Shown: in pieces, positions 56,559-64,000 of the stretch | How the letters are laid out: every line of letters begins with the position of its first letter | Position numbering within the stretch: position 1 is the stretch's first letter | Virus record (IMG/VR): IMGVR_UViG_3300025528_000005 | Location: 5,139-69,138 of that record | DNA from: a virus | Length of the DNA stretch: 64,000 bases | Direction: 5' to 3' (one strand) | Position numbers and translations under genes: made by a program | The notes under the pieces: model-generated | The model's database searches: none | What the model was told of the DNA's origin: nothing | What the model saw: the letters and a program-made list of their open reading frames with translations, nothing else

Positions 56559-58616
56559 TCAAGGATTAGACACCGTGTCTTCGAGGATCTTGATTCGATC
56601 TGCCAAGGCTTGGATCACTGCTTGCAGATCACCGGCTGATACGCCGCCATCCCCATATGCCGCAACCGTCACCGTGGTAGCAGCCTGAGTGCCTGTATGA
56701 TTGGAGCGATCAAGCAGGTCTTCATCCGAAGAGTTCGCCGTAGCCCCCTCTTCGATGCCGTCCAGCTTGGCCTTATCGGTCGACGACATCAGACCGTTGG
56801 TGCTGGTTGTTGCAACGCCAGGAGTACCAGTCAGATCGCTGTAGGCTCCGGTGGTAGCGACAGTAGCCAGAGTCGGAGTGTCTTCCAAATCGTTGTACGA
56901 TCCGGAGGTCGCCACAGCAGCCAAATCGTCAGGTTGCACCGCCGTGTCGGCCAGAGCTCCTTGAGCAGCCGTAGCGAAATCCTCGATATCGGCCGCAGCA
57001 GCGCTTCCCAGGCTCGGGAGGTCTTCGAGATCGTTGTACGATCCAGACGTAGCCACCGCAGCGAGGTCGCCAGGTTGCACAGCCGTGTCAGCCAGAGCGC
57101 CTTGAGCGGCAGTGGCGAAGTCCACGATATTGGCCGCGGCCGCGGTACCAAGAGTCGGACGCCCGCTCAGGTCGGAGTAGTTACCGGTGAGGGCCACGGT
57201 AGCCAACTCATCGGTCGTCAGGGTCGTTTCAATCCAGACCGCAGCGCCCTCGGTAGCGTCAACGCAACGATAGGCCTCTTTGCCTTCCGTATCGATCCAC
57301 ACCGAACCGACCATCCAGCCCTGCGTTTCATCGTCATCGACAGTTGGAGGTTCCGTAGCGTCGAGCTTGGATGGAACGATGTTGTTGATCTTGGCAGCCA
57401 GCCCTGCGTCGAGTTGCTCTTCCGTGACAGAGCCGGACAGGTCCGAGAACGAGCCAGAAGTGGCCACCGCAGCCAACGAAGGCTTATCGGTAAGATCGTT
57501 GTAGGAACCGGAGGTGGCAACAGTTGCCAGCGAAGGCTTATCGGTGAGGTCGTCGTAGGAACCGGTCGTAGCAACCGTAGCAAGATCGCTTGGCTGAACA
57601 GCAGTGGCAGCCAGGGCGCCTTGAGCAGCCGTGGCGAAGTCTTCGATATCAGCCGCAGCAGCGCTTCCCAGGCTCGGGAGGTCTTCGAGATCGTTGTACG
57701 AACCTGAAGTTGCGACTGTCGCAAGAACCGGCTTGTCCGACAGATCGTCATAGGACCCTGAAGTGGCGACGGCGGCCAGATTCGGACGGCCATTCAGGTC
57801 GCTGTAGTTCCCCGAGAGGGCAACGGTGGCGAGCTCCGAAGTGCTCAGAGTCGTTTCGATCCAGACAGCGGCACCTTCGGTAGCATCGACGCAGCGATAG
57901 GCTTCCTTGCCGACCGTATCAATCCACATGGATCCAACCATCCAACCTTCAGTCTCGTCATCATTAACGGTCGGAGGTTCCGTGGCGTCGAGTTTCGACG
58001 GGACAAGGTTGTTGATCTTCGCAGCAAGCGCGGAGTCGAGCTGGCTCTCGGTAACGAAGCCAGTCAAGTCTTCGAACGAGCCTGAAGTAGCGACCGGGGC
58101 AAAACCGGTAATCGTGCTTGCAGGCTGAGTACCAGTGTGAGTCGCACGGTTGCGAAGCTGAGCGTCGGTAGCGTTAGCGGTTGCCCCTTCTTCGATGCCG
58201 TTCAGCTTGGTCTTGTCCGCAGCGGACATAAGACCGGCCCCAGAAGTCGTGGCGGTCGGAAGGGTAATGTTGCCGTTTCCGTCAGGGCCTACGCCTTGAA
58301 CGGTCAGGACGGGACCTGCCTCACCGCCATTTCCCCCGCCTCCTTCTCCGGAGACAGGGCCGGTGTTCCAGTTGTCTCCGTCACTAAACACGAACAAGCC
58401 GTCGTACTGAGAGGTCAAAACGAAGTTGGCTTCTCCGTCGATGGTCTGTCCATTAGGGGCACTGATCGTTACTGGACCCGTGCCTTGATTTTTGAAAACG
58501 TAAGAACGTCCCGGAGTAGATTGTGCATCCGGGAGAATGTATTCGTTAGGGCCGTCCCCAGTGAAGACTACATACTGGTTGCTGTTAGGCCAATGATTGA
58601 GGGTAAAGAAGGCCAT
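56559..58616 (-). CDS. Fibre-like virion protein with ATVATSGSYNDL repeats
   Basis: Many LA.VATSGSY.DL repeats; duplicated PTV.DDE..GW.VGS.W module. Confidence 0.85.
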   Translation of the reverse strand: MAFFTLNHWPNSNQYVVFTGDGPNEYILPDAQSTPGRSYVFKNQGTGPVTISAPNGQTIDGEANFVLTSQYDGLFVFSDGDNWNTGPVSGEGGGGNGGEAGPVLTVQGVGPDGNGNITLPTATTSGAGLMSAADKTKLNGIEEGATANATDAQLRNRATHTGTQPASTITGFAPVATSGSFEDLTGFVTESQLDSALAAKINNLVPSKLDATEPPTVNDDETEGWMVGSMWIDTVGKEAYRCVDATEGAAVWIETTLSTSELATVALSGNYSDLNGRPNLAAVATSGSYDDLSDKPVLATVATSGSYNDLEDLPSLGSAAAADIEDFATAAQGALAATAVQPSDLATVATTGSYDDLTDKPSLATVATSGSYNDLTDKPSLAAVATSGSFSDLSGSVTEEQLDAGLAAKINNIVPSKLDATEPPTVDDDETQGWMVGSVWIDTEGKEAYRCVDATEGAAVWIETTLTTDELATVALTGNYSDLSGRPTLGTAAAANIVDFATAAQGALADTAVQPGDLAAVATSGSYNDLEDLPSLGSAAAADIEDFATAAQGALADTAVQPDDLAAVATSGSYNDLEDTPTLATVATTGAYSDLTGTPGVATTSTNGLMSSTDKAKLDGIEEGATANSSDEDLLDRSNHTGTQAATTVTVAAYGDGGVSAGDLQAVIQALADRIKILEDTVSNP

Positions 58617-58683
58617 TTGTTATTAATGTCTCCGAAGGTGGTGATCTTTCTCTTAGGTGTAATTGTCACTCACATATTTTAGA

Positions 58684-59007
58684 TCAGAGAGAATCTACGA
58701 ATAAGGATCCGGTCGTAGCTACATAAGTGCTTCGACCGGACTCGTCTTCAAGGATACGTCCAGTGTCCCCTACGCGGTGCAGCGCCCCATCGGGGCTTAC
58801 TGAAATTTCCGAACCATTCGTAGCGATCGTCGTGTGTCCACAGGAGGCGTAACCCAATGTTCCAACGACACAAACCCCGATACCATCGGCGAATACCCGC
58901 TCGCTCCCGGTGTAGAAGGTCGTCGTGAAAGGCGTTGGGTTATCATGGAGGTAGCAAATACCCTCTCCGTGATCTCCGATGCGACAAACAGGTCTGAAGT
59001 CCGCCAT
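58684..59007 (-). CDS. PAAR-like spike-tip protein
   Basis: RIGD...C..H; GS..VF.DG; CGH; HRVGD. Confidence 0.7.
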   Translation of the reverse strand: MADFRPVCRIGDHGEGICYLHDNPTPFTTTFYTGSERVFADGIGVCVVGTLGYASCGHTTIATNGSEISVSPDGALHRVGDTGRILEDESGRSTYVATTGSLFVDSL

Positions 59008-59015
59008 GTTCAATA

Positions 59016-59849
59016 TTACGGGTTGTTGACCTTGACGGTGTAAGCGTTCAAAGAAATCGTCTCCTCGAGCACGCTCATCTGTCCAGTGATGGTTAGAACC
59101 TGGTCTTGAGTCATGTCGAAATGCCAGGTCTCCCAGTTTCCTATGCCTCGATAGTTCGTAGCCGTACCGAACCAGACATTCTGCTCCTCGCCGGAGTCGG
59201 TGGCGAAGACATAGGTGTCGAATTCGGTTCCATTGACTGCCCTGACCTTGATCTCGTTGATGATCGTATTGCCCAGCCTGACTCGCAGAATCTTCTGAGA
59301 ATCGCTGTTGGTGACCTGGAAGAAGGTCGAGATCTTCAGCATGCCGTTCGGTTCGACGGAGTTGGCGGGAATCATGATCGTCGCCAGCGTCTCCTCTTGA
59401 GTCGTGTTGTAGATTCGGATCGGCGTGCTGTGCTGAGCCAGCGTAAACTCGGTGAGATCGTTAGGATCTCCTGGATAGCCCTTCGTTGCGCTCGGAATGA
59501 GCGTGACAAATCCTTCCAGAAACTTCGTGCGCTTGCCGGACGGTGCGATTAGGAAAAGGTCATAGACCGCTTCATTGCAATTCAGGAATCTTGTGTGCTG
59601 CCCTTTCAAGACGATCTGAACCGTGCCGTCTTGACCTCCTAGGAGAATGCCGTATCCGTGGTCCGCGGTAGCCGAACTTAGCGATAGAACCGCATCACGT
59701 TTGCTTTGGCCGTTGTAGCCCTGGCGAATCTGCATCCGAGCTTCATAGTCGGTCAGATCGACTGGCAGCCCGGTTTCTCCATCTTCAAAAACGAAAGTCC
59801 GGGAATAGTCGGCGCCTTCGTCGAGCTCAATATGAAATACGCGTGCCAT
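59016..59849 (-). CDS. Baseplate/fibre adaptor-like virion protein
   Basis: GADYSRTF..P.DLT.YEARMQIR..VYDL..LEG.V. Confidence 0.65.
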   Translation of the reverse strand: MARVFHIELDEGADYSRTFVFEDGETGLPVDLTDYEARMQIRQGYNGQSKRDAVLSLSSATADHGYGILLGGQDGTVQIVLKGQHTRFLNCNEAVYDLFLIAPSGKRTKFLEGFVTLIPSATKGYPGDPNDLTEFTLAQHSTPIRIYNTTQEETLATIMIPANSVEPNGMLKISTFFQVTNSDSQKILRVRLGNTIINEIKVRAVNGTEFDTYVFATDSGEEQNVWFGTATNYRGIGNWETWHFDMTQDQVLTITGQMSVLEETISLNAYTVKVNNP

Positions 59850-59861
59850 TCTACGGTTGAG

Positions 59862-60146
59862 TTATTCAGATTCGATCGGAGCACGGCAGCCTGCGATGGC
59901 TCCCTCGAGCTCCTTGATGTAACCCTTCTGAACCTTGTCCTGGGCGGCCAGGAGCTTCGTCTTCTCGAAGAGAGTCATGTCTTTCCGAGCCTTTGTGTCG
60001 AAGGGGAGTTCGGGCTTCTTGACGTCCTTCACCTTGCAAAAGACGGTGACCGGAACTTCAACGGTTTGAATTTCCGTGACGACCTTGGGCGTTCCGCAGC
60101 CAACTAGAGTTCCAGCAAGGACAAGGGTAGAAAAGAGTGCCTTCAC
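59862..60146 (-). CDS. o-spanin (lipoprotein)
   Basis: Lipobox LVGC; downstream of i-spanin. Confidence 0.8.
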   Translation of the reverse strand: MKALFSTLVLAGTLVGCGTPKVVTEIQTVEVPVTVFCKVKDVKKPELPFDTKARKDMTLFEKTKLLAAQDKVQKGYIKELEGAIAGCRAPIESE

Positions 60147-60147
60147 G

Positions 60148-60618
60148 TTATCTCCGGTTCGCTTCGATAAGGCGGTTCAGCAGATCGTTTGCTGCTTCGG
60201 CGTCAGAAAGATCAGCCGGAGCTGTTCCGGACAGAATCTCTTCAGCCTTGTCGTACTCCTTCTTCGCTTCTTTCTCGGCTTGCTCTTGTCTGCTCCGAGC
60301 AATCGCCTCCCAGGCTTCAGCGTCTTTCTGAAGCTGCCTGGTCCGAGCTGATAACTCCTCCAACTTCTGCTTTTGAGACGAGAGCTGTATCGTCAGCGTT
60401 GCATTTTCAGCTTTCGCCAACGCAAGGTCATCTCTTAGCTCATCGATGTAGAAATAAAGACCGATCGCCGCCAAGATAGCCACGATGGCCGCGATAAGCT
60501 TAACCCTGGATAAGATTGAAGCTGCGACCGCGCCGGTTACCTGACGGGAGGTAGAGGGAGGGCTTGACTTGAAAAGACCGACGAAAGCTTGGAAGACCGT
60601 CGAGATGAGGCTCCACAT
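60148..60618 (-). CDS. i-spanin
   Basis: TM helix followed by coiled coil; follows the endolysin. Confidence 0.75.
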   Translation of the reverse strand: MWSLISTVFQAFVGLFKSSPPSTSRQVTGAVAASILSRVKLIAAIVAILAAIGLYFYIDELRDDLALAKAENATLTIQLSSQKQKLEELSARTRQLQKDAEAWEAIARSRQEQAEKEAKKEYDKAEEILSGTAPADLSDAEAANDLLNRLIEANRR

Positions 60619-60620
60619 AA

Positions 60621-61160
60621 TTAACCGACTCCAAGAGCCTTTTTCGCTCGGACCCAGTACTTCAGTCTATCCTCAAGACCGTTGTAACCCCCGTTGATGC
60701 GTCGAGTGACAAGACGGAAGGCTGCCTCGGTATTGCTTTTAGCTACCTCAGTCAGACCGCGGGAATTCCAGAACCAGGCCGCGGATAGAGCTGCGTTTTC
60801 AGGCTCTTCAAGAAGCTCAGGATTGCTGACAAAGTCCTGTCCCAGGGCTTCGCTTACGGCTTTGTAATTAGCTCGGCCCGTGATTTGGATCAACCCTCTA
60901 CCCTTGAAGCGGACACCATCTCCGGGCTGCGTGTTGCCCAAGTCCTTTCGGCCTTCATACGCCTTGCCCGAAGCGATCTCTTCGACATACCGAAACGCCC
61001 CGCTCTCATGCATGATTTGAGCAAGAAACATGGCCTGGACTTCTGGTTCCGTGATACCGAACTTCTCCATGGCACGATTGATTGGGCCGAGGAATTTATC
61101 GATACGGTATTTGGTAATAGTAGGTTCAATAGCTTTGAGATGTGAGGCCGTAATGCGCAT
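60621..61160 (-). CDS. Endolysin, glycoside hydrolase family 19
   Basis: FLAQ..HES; GRGLIQITGRANY; SAAWFW; INGG.NGL.DR. Confidence 0.95.
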   Translation of the reverse strand: MRITASHLKAIEPTITKYRIDKFLGPINRAMEKFGITEPEVQAMFLAQIMHESGAFRYVEEIASGKAYEGRKDLGNTQPGDGVRFKGRGLIQITGRANYKAVSEALGQDFVSNPELLEEPENAALSAAWFWNSRGLTEVAKSNTEAAFRLVTRRINGGYNGLEDRLKYWVRAKKALGVG

Positions 61161-61235
61161 AAAAAATCACCAGCAGTTAGAGGTCTACTGGTGATTTTAG
61201 TTGACCGCCCGGAGCGATACTCGGAGATCGAGTTC

Positions 61236-62141
61236 TTAGTACTTGATGATAAAGTTCATGGCTACGTTACGAGGCCGAGTTTCGACGCCACCTGTGCTGT
61301 TGATTGATAGGCTGTGAGTGTGACTGCCGGCGGCGTTGATCGTCAGCGAGTGACTGTGATTACCGGCAACGTCGGTGGAACCCGAGACGGCTTCCCGGAA
61401 GGGAACGTCGTCGCCGTCGATAAGCTGGCGGCCCGGCACAGCAACCCCACCGTGCTGGTGAGCCCCCGCCACTGATGTGGAACCGGTATGAGTGTGGCCG
61501 CCATCTGCTGTCGTTGAACCGCTGTGAGTGTGCGATCGGAACAGATCGCCTTGCGAACTTCCCAGAGTCCGACCGATGTCTACGCCTCTCCCGGCGTCCA
61601 ACCCTCGGATAAACTCACCGCGCAGATCGGGAACATTGAACGTAGTTGTTCCGTTGCCGGCCCCGTAGGTTGTTCCAATAACTGAGAACAGCTTGGAGTA
61701 GGTGGTGCGACTTACCGCAGCTCCGTTGCAAAGCAGATACCCAATAGGAGCTGTCGATCCGGCGAAAGCCTGTACGGTTCCAGTAGGAATCGAACCAACG
61801 TTACTAACAACCTGCCAGCGTGTTACGTTGTTTTCGATTTCCACAACCTCTCCGGGACTAAGCGAGAGGCTGTTAACACTAAGTGCTTGATACCGGATGA
61901 TGTCATTGCCTTGAGCTATGACCGTCACCTCATTGGAGCCCATGTCGTTGACGATCATGAAGCGATGCGCCTTAGCCCCGGGAAGCAAAGGCATCAACGT
62001 CATCGTGATATCCGAGGTTCCTCGAACAATGAACGTGCGCTCAAAAGCCTCAGCGTTCAGTACCGTCGACGAGAAGATGTTGACGATACTTTCTGGATCG
62101 ATCAGGCTTGGAGGATTGACTCCGTAACCGAAATAACTCAT
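61236..62141 (-). CDS. Tail collar/fibre protein
   Basis: GYLLCNGAAVSRTTY..LF.VIG..FNVPDLRGEF; HxH repeats; ETRPRNVA. Confidence 0.9.
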   Translation of the reverse strand: MSYFGYGVNPPSLIDPESIVNIFSSTVLNAEAFERTFIVRGTSDITMTLMPLLPGAKAHRFMIVNDMGSNEVTVIAQGNDIIRYQALSVNSLSLSPGEVVEIENNVTRWQVVSNVGSIPTGTVQAFAGSTAPIGYLLCNGAAVSRTTYSKLFSVIGTTYGAGNGTTTFNVPDLRGEFIRGLDAGRGVDIGRTLGSSQGDLFRSHTHSGSTTADGGHTHTGSTSVAGAHQHGGVAVPGRQLIDGDDVPFREAVSGSTDVAGNHSHSLTINAAGSHTHSLSINSTGGVETRPRNVAMNFIIKY

Positions 62142-62172
62142 TCGTGTTCTTTGTTAATTGCGATCAGTCGAT

Positions 62173-62580
62173 CTATCGAAGCCGTTCCGGTTTCACCGTT
62201 GTAGCTCTTTCTTTGACGACCTCAGTATGAAGGAATTTTAGTATCTTCTCTAAGTTCGAAGATCCGGCATTCTTAATCAAAATGAACCGATAAAAGCTGC
62301 AGATCCACACAAGCAACACGAACATCGACATGTTCATGAAGAGCTGCGTGGGGTAGACCTTAATTTGGTCGATAAGAAGAATAGACCAAGCGTTGCTTAG
62401 AGACGAGATGGAAAGCAGAATCAGACTATGCCGCAAAGACAGGTACCAGATTCCGGTCAGGATGTGTCGCTCTTTAAGGCACAGGGTTAGGAGCAGACCG
62501 GCCCAACCCAGACCGACCGAGATCAGGAATTCTGCGATTGTCATGCAATCCCAGAGATCTAAGAATGGTTCAAACGACAT
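62173..62580 (-). CDS. Three-TM membrane protein (holin/antiholin candidate)
   Basis: Hydrophobic helices; near lysis genes. Confidence 0.6.
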   Translation of the reverse strand: MSFEPFLDLWDCMTIAEFLISVGLGWAGLLLTLCLKERHILTGIWYLSLRHSLILLSISSLSNAWSILLIDQIKVYPTQLFMNMSMFVLLVWICSFYRFILIKNAGSSNLEKILKFLHTEVVKERATTVKPERLR

Positions 62581-62604
62581 GTTTCACTATGACTCCACTT
62601 CGGT

Positions 62605-63033
62605 TTAACCCCCGGCTTTGTCACGGTCCTGTCGCTCCACCCCGACTCGGTCCGATTCATCAGTATGATTTTCTGAGGCAGACTCGGTCCCCGTGACTTT
62701 TGAAAACAGCCGGTCTACTGCCGAGACTCCTCTGGATTCGAGCCATTGCAAAACAGCTCGGATCAAATAAACGCCGATCACTCCCATCGTCCAGGATAGA
62801 CCGGCAATGGCCTCGAGCGCTTGAAGCTCGAGATACATCGCTACCCAAGGTCCGACAAAGATTGCAAAGCTCGAGCCTGTTGCCGCCATGAACAGGGCAT
62901 TCTTCAAGCTCACCTTGTTCTTATCAGACAGAGCGATAACCGGTATGACTGAGCCGCAAACGCTGGCTATAATTGACCATACTTTAGTCGCTGAAAAAAA
63001 TGCTGCAGCCGATGTCGTCGTTGGCTCCGCCAT
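62605..63033 (-). CDS. Putative holin
   Basis: Three TM segments, charged C-terminal tail. Confidence 0.6.
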   Translation of the reverse strand: MAEPTTTSAAAFFSATKVWSIIASVCGSVIPVIALSDKNKVSLKNALFMAATGSSFAIFVGPWVAMYLELQALEAIAGLSWTMGVIGVYLIRAVLQWLESRGVSAVDRLFSKVTGTESASENHTDESDRVGVERQDRDKAGG

Positions 63034-63131
63034 TCGTTGTAATTCCTATTTTATAAAACTTCCCCGGCCGAACCGGGTGAATTCTGTGTAATTTTAGTGT
63101 TATTTTTCAGACGGCTTCGTTTCGCCGATGA

Positions 63132-63905
63132 TTAAACGCATTTAATAATGTAGTTCACGATCAGGGTGGGCTGTACGTTATTGTGTGCTTGGCCGCCCCC
63201 AGTGTTGCTAATGTTAAGTGTATGAGTGTGCTCGCCGCCCTCAACTATTCTCGTAGAGCCGGTATTATTGGTAGTTGGGACAGGATTCCAGCCAGGGTTA
63301 GAACTCCTGCCCCCAAGTCCAATCGGACTCCATGCCCCGCCGTCGCCGGTACCGCTCGTAGGCGCATAATATTCCATACCGTGCGTGTGAGCTCCGGAAG
63401 ACGCTGCTGTGCCGCTGTGACTGTGGGCGGGGATTTGGTTTTGGTTCAATGTGACGTTCTGAGCTCCTCCTGCAGCACCAATCAGCAGACCGTTGATACC
63501 GGAGCCGGCAGTGGTCAATCGGTTCGCCGCGGTACCCCCGATGTCATCCAAACCGGCCGGAACACGACCGCGAAGATCGGGAAGGTTGAAAGTGGTGCTT
63601 CCGTTTCCAGAGCCGAAAGACGTGCCAATGACCGCAAAAAGCCTGGAATAGGTCGTGCGGCTTACCGCCCGGCCATCACAGAGCAGCCAGTAGTTACTGT
63701 ACTCACTGGGGAGCGTCTCAGCACCGAAGGCCAGGATTGTTCCTGTCGGAATGAGGAGGTGAACGAAATCCGTCGTTGCGAACTTCTGAGACTTGTCGTC
63801 GGCAGGTACGGGTTGCGCCGAACCTAGGAAGACATCATTGCCTTCCGGGATGATTGCGGTTGAGTCGGGATACGTCCCAAGGATGCGAGTGGTATCAAAA
63901 GCCAT
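63132..63905 (-). CDS. Tail collar/fibre protein
   Basis: WLLCDGRAVSRTTY..FNLPDLRGR; AHNNVQPTL.VNYIIK. Confidence 0.9.
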   Translation of the reverse strand: MAFDTTRILGTYPDSTAIIPEGNDVFLGSAQPVPADDKSQKFATTDFVHLLIPTGTILAFGAETLPSEYSNYWLLCDGRAVSRTTYSRLFAVIGTSFGSGNGSTTFNLPDLRGRVPAGLDDIGGTAANRLTTAGSGINGLLIGAAGGAQNVTLNQNQIPAHSHSGTAASSGAHTHGMEYYAPTSGTGDGGAWSPIGLGGRSSNPGWNPVPTTNNTGSTRIVEGGEHTHTLNISNTGGGQAHNNVQPTLIVNYIIKCV

Positions 63906-64000
63906 AAATGAGATATCATCGACAAATACTTTCTTCTGCTAAGAAGACCTCCACCCACGGAGACCTTCTCTATTCCTGATCCAACAATGCTAGGACGTCC

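Overview
This window is a 64-kb segment of a large tailed dsDNA phage (jumbo-like, probably a myovirus) with a Gram-negative host, judged from the spanins and GH19 endolysin. The + strand (1-43,000) carries replication genes (Cas4-like nuclease, primase-helicase fusion, HU, a split family-A DNA polymerase with a UDG-like domain, RuvC), a ~530-bp inverted-repeat candidate origin, nucleotide metabolism (nrdA/nrdB, thyX, dimeric dUTPase, deoxynucleotidase), counter-defence modules (Hen1-Pnkp RNA repair, NadM-Nudix/NAMPT NAD salvage), 9 tRNAs and several unannotated structured non-coding regions. The - strand (43,000-64,000) carries tail/fibre and lysis genes plus a TnpB-only IS200/IS605 element. 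The best novelty candidate is at 24,150-25,780: an unknown helical protein gene flanked by two structured RNAs. The downstream RNA has short G..TCA repeats and a circularly permuted tRNA-like (YrlA/Y-RNA-type) domain, and no Ro60 gene is present in the window. Other candidates are a ~720-nt T-loop-rich RNA (36,740-37,460), hypervariable beta-propeller blades in paralogous fibre genes, and two promoter classes each followed by a 5' hairpin. All calls come from motif reading by eye; no database searches or folding programs were run.
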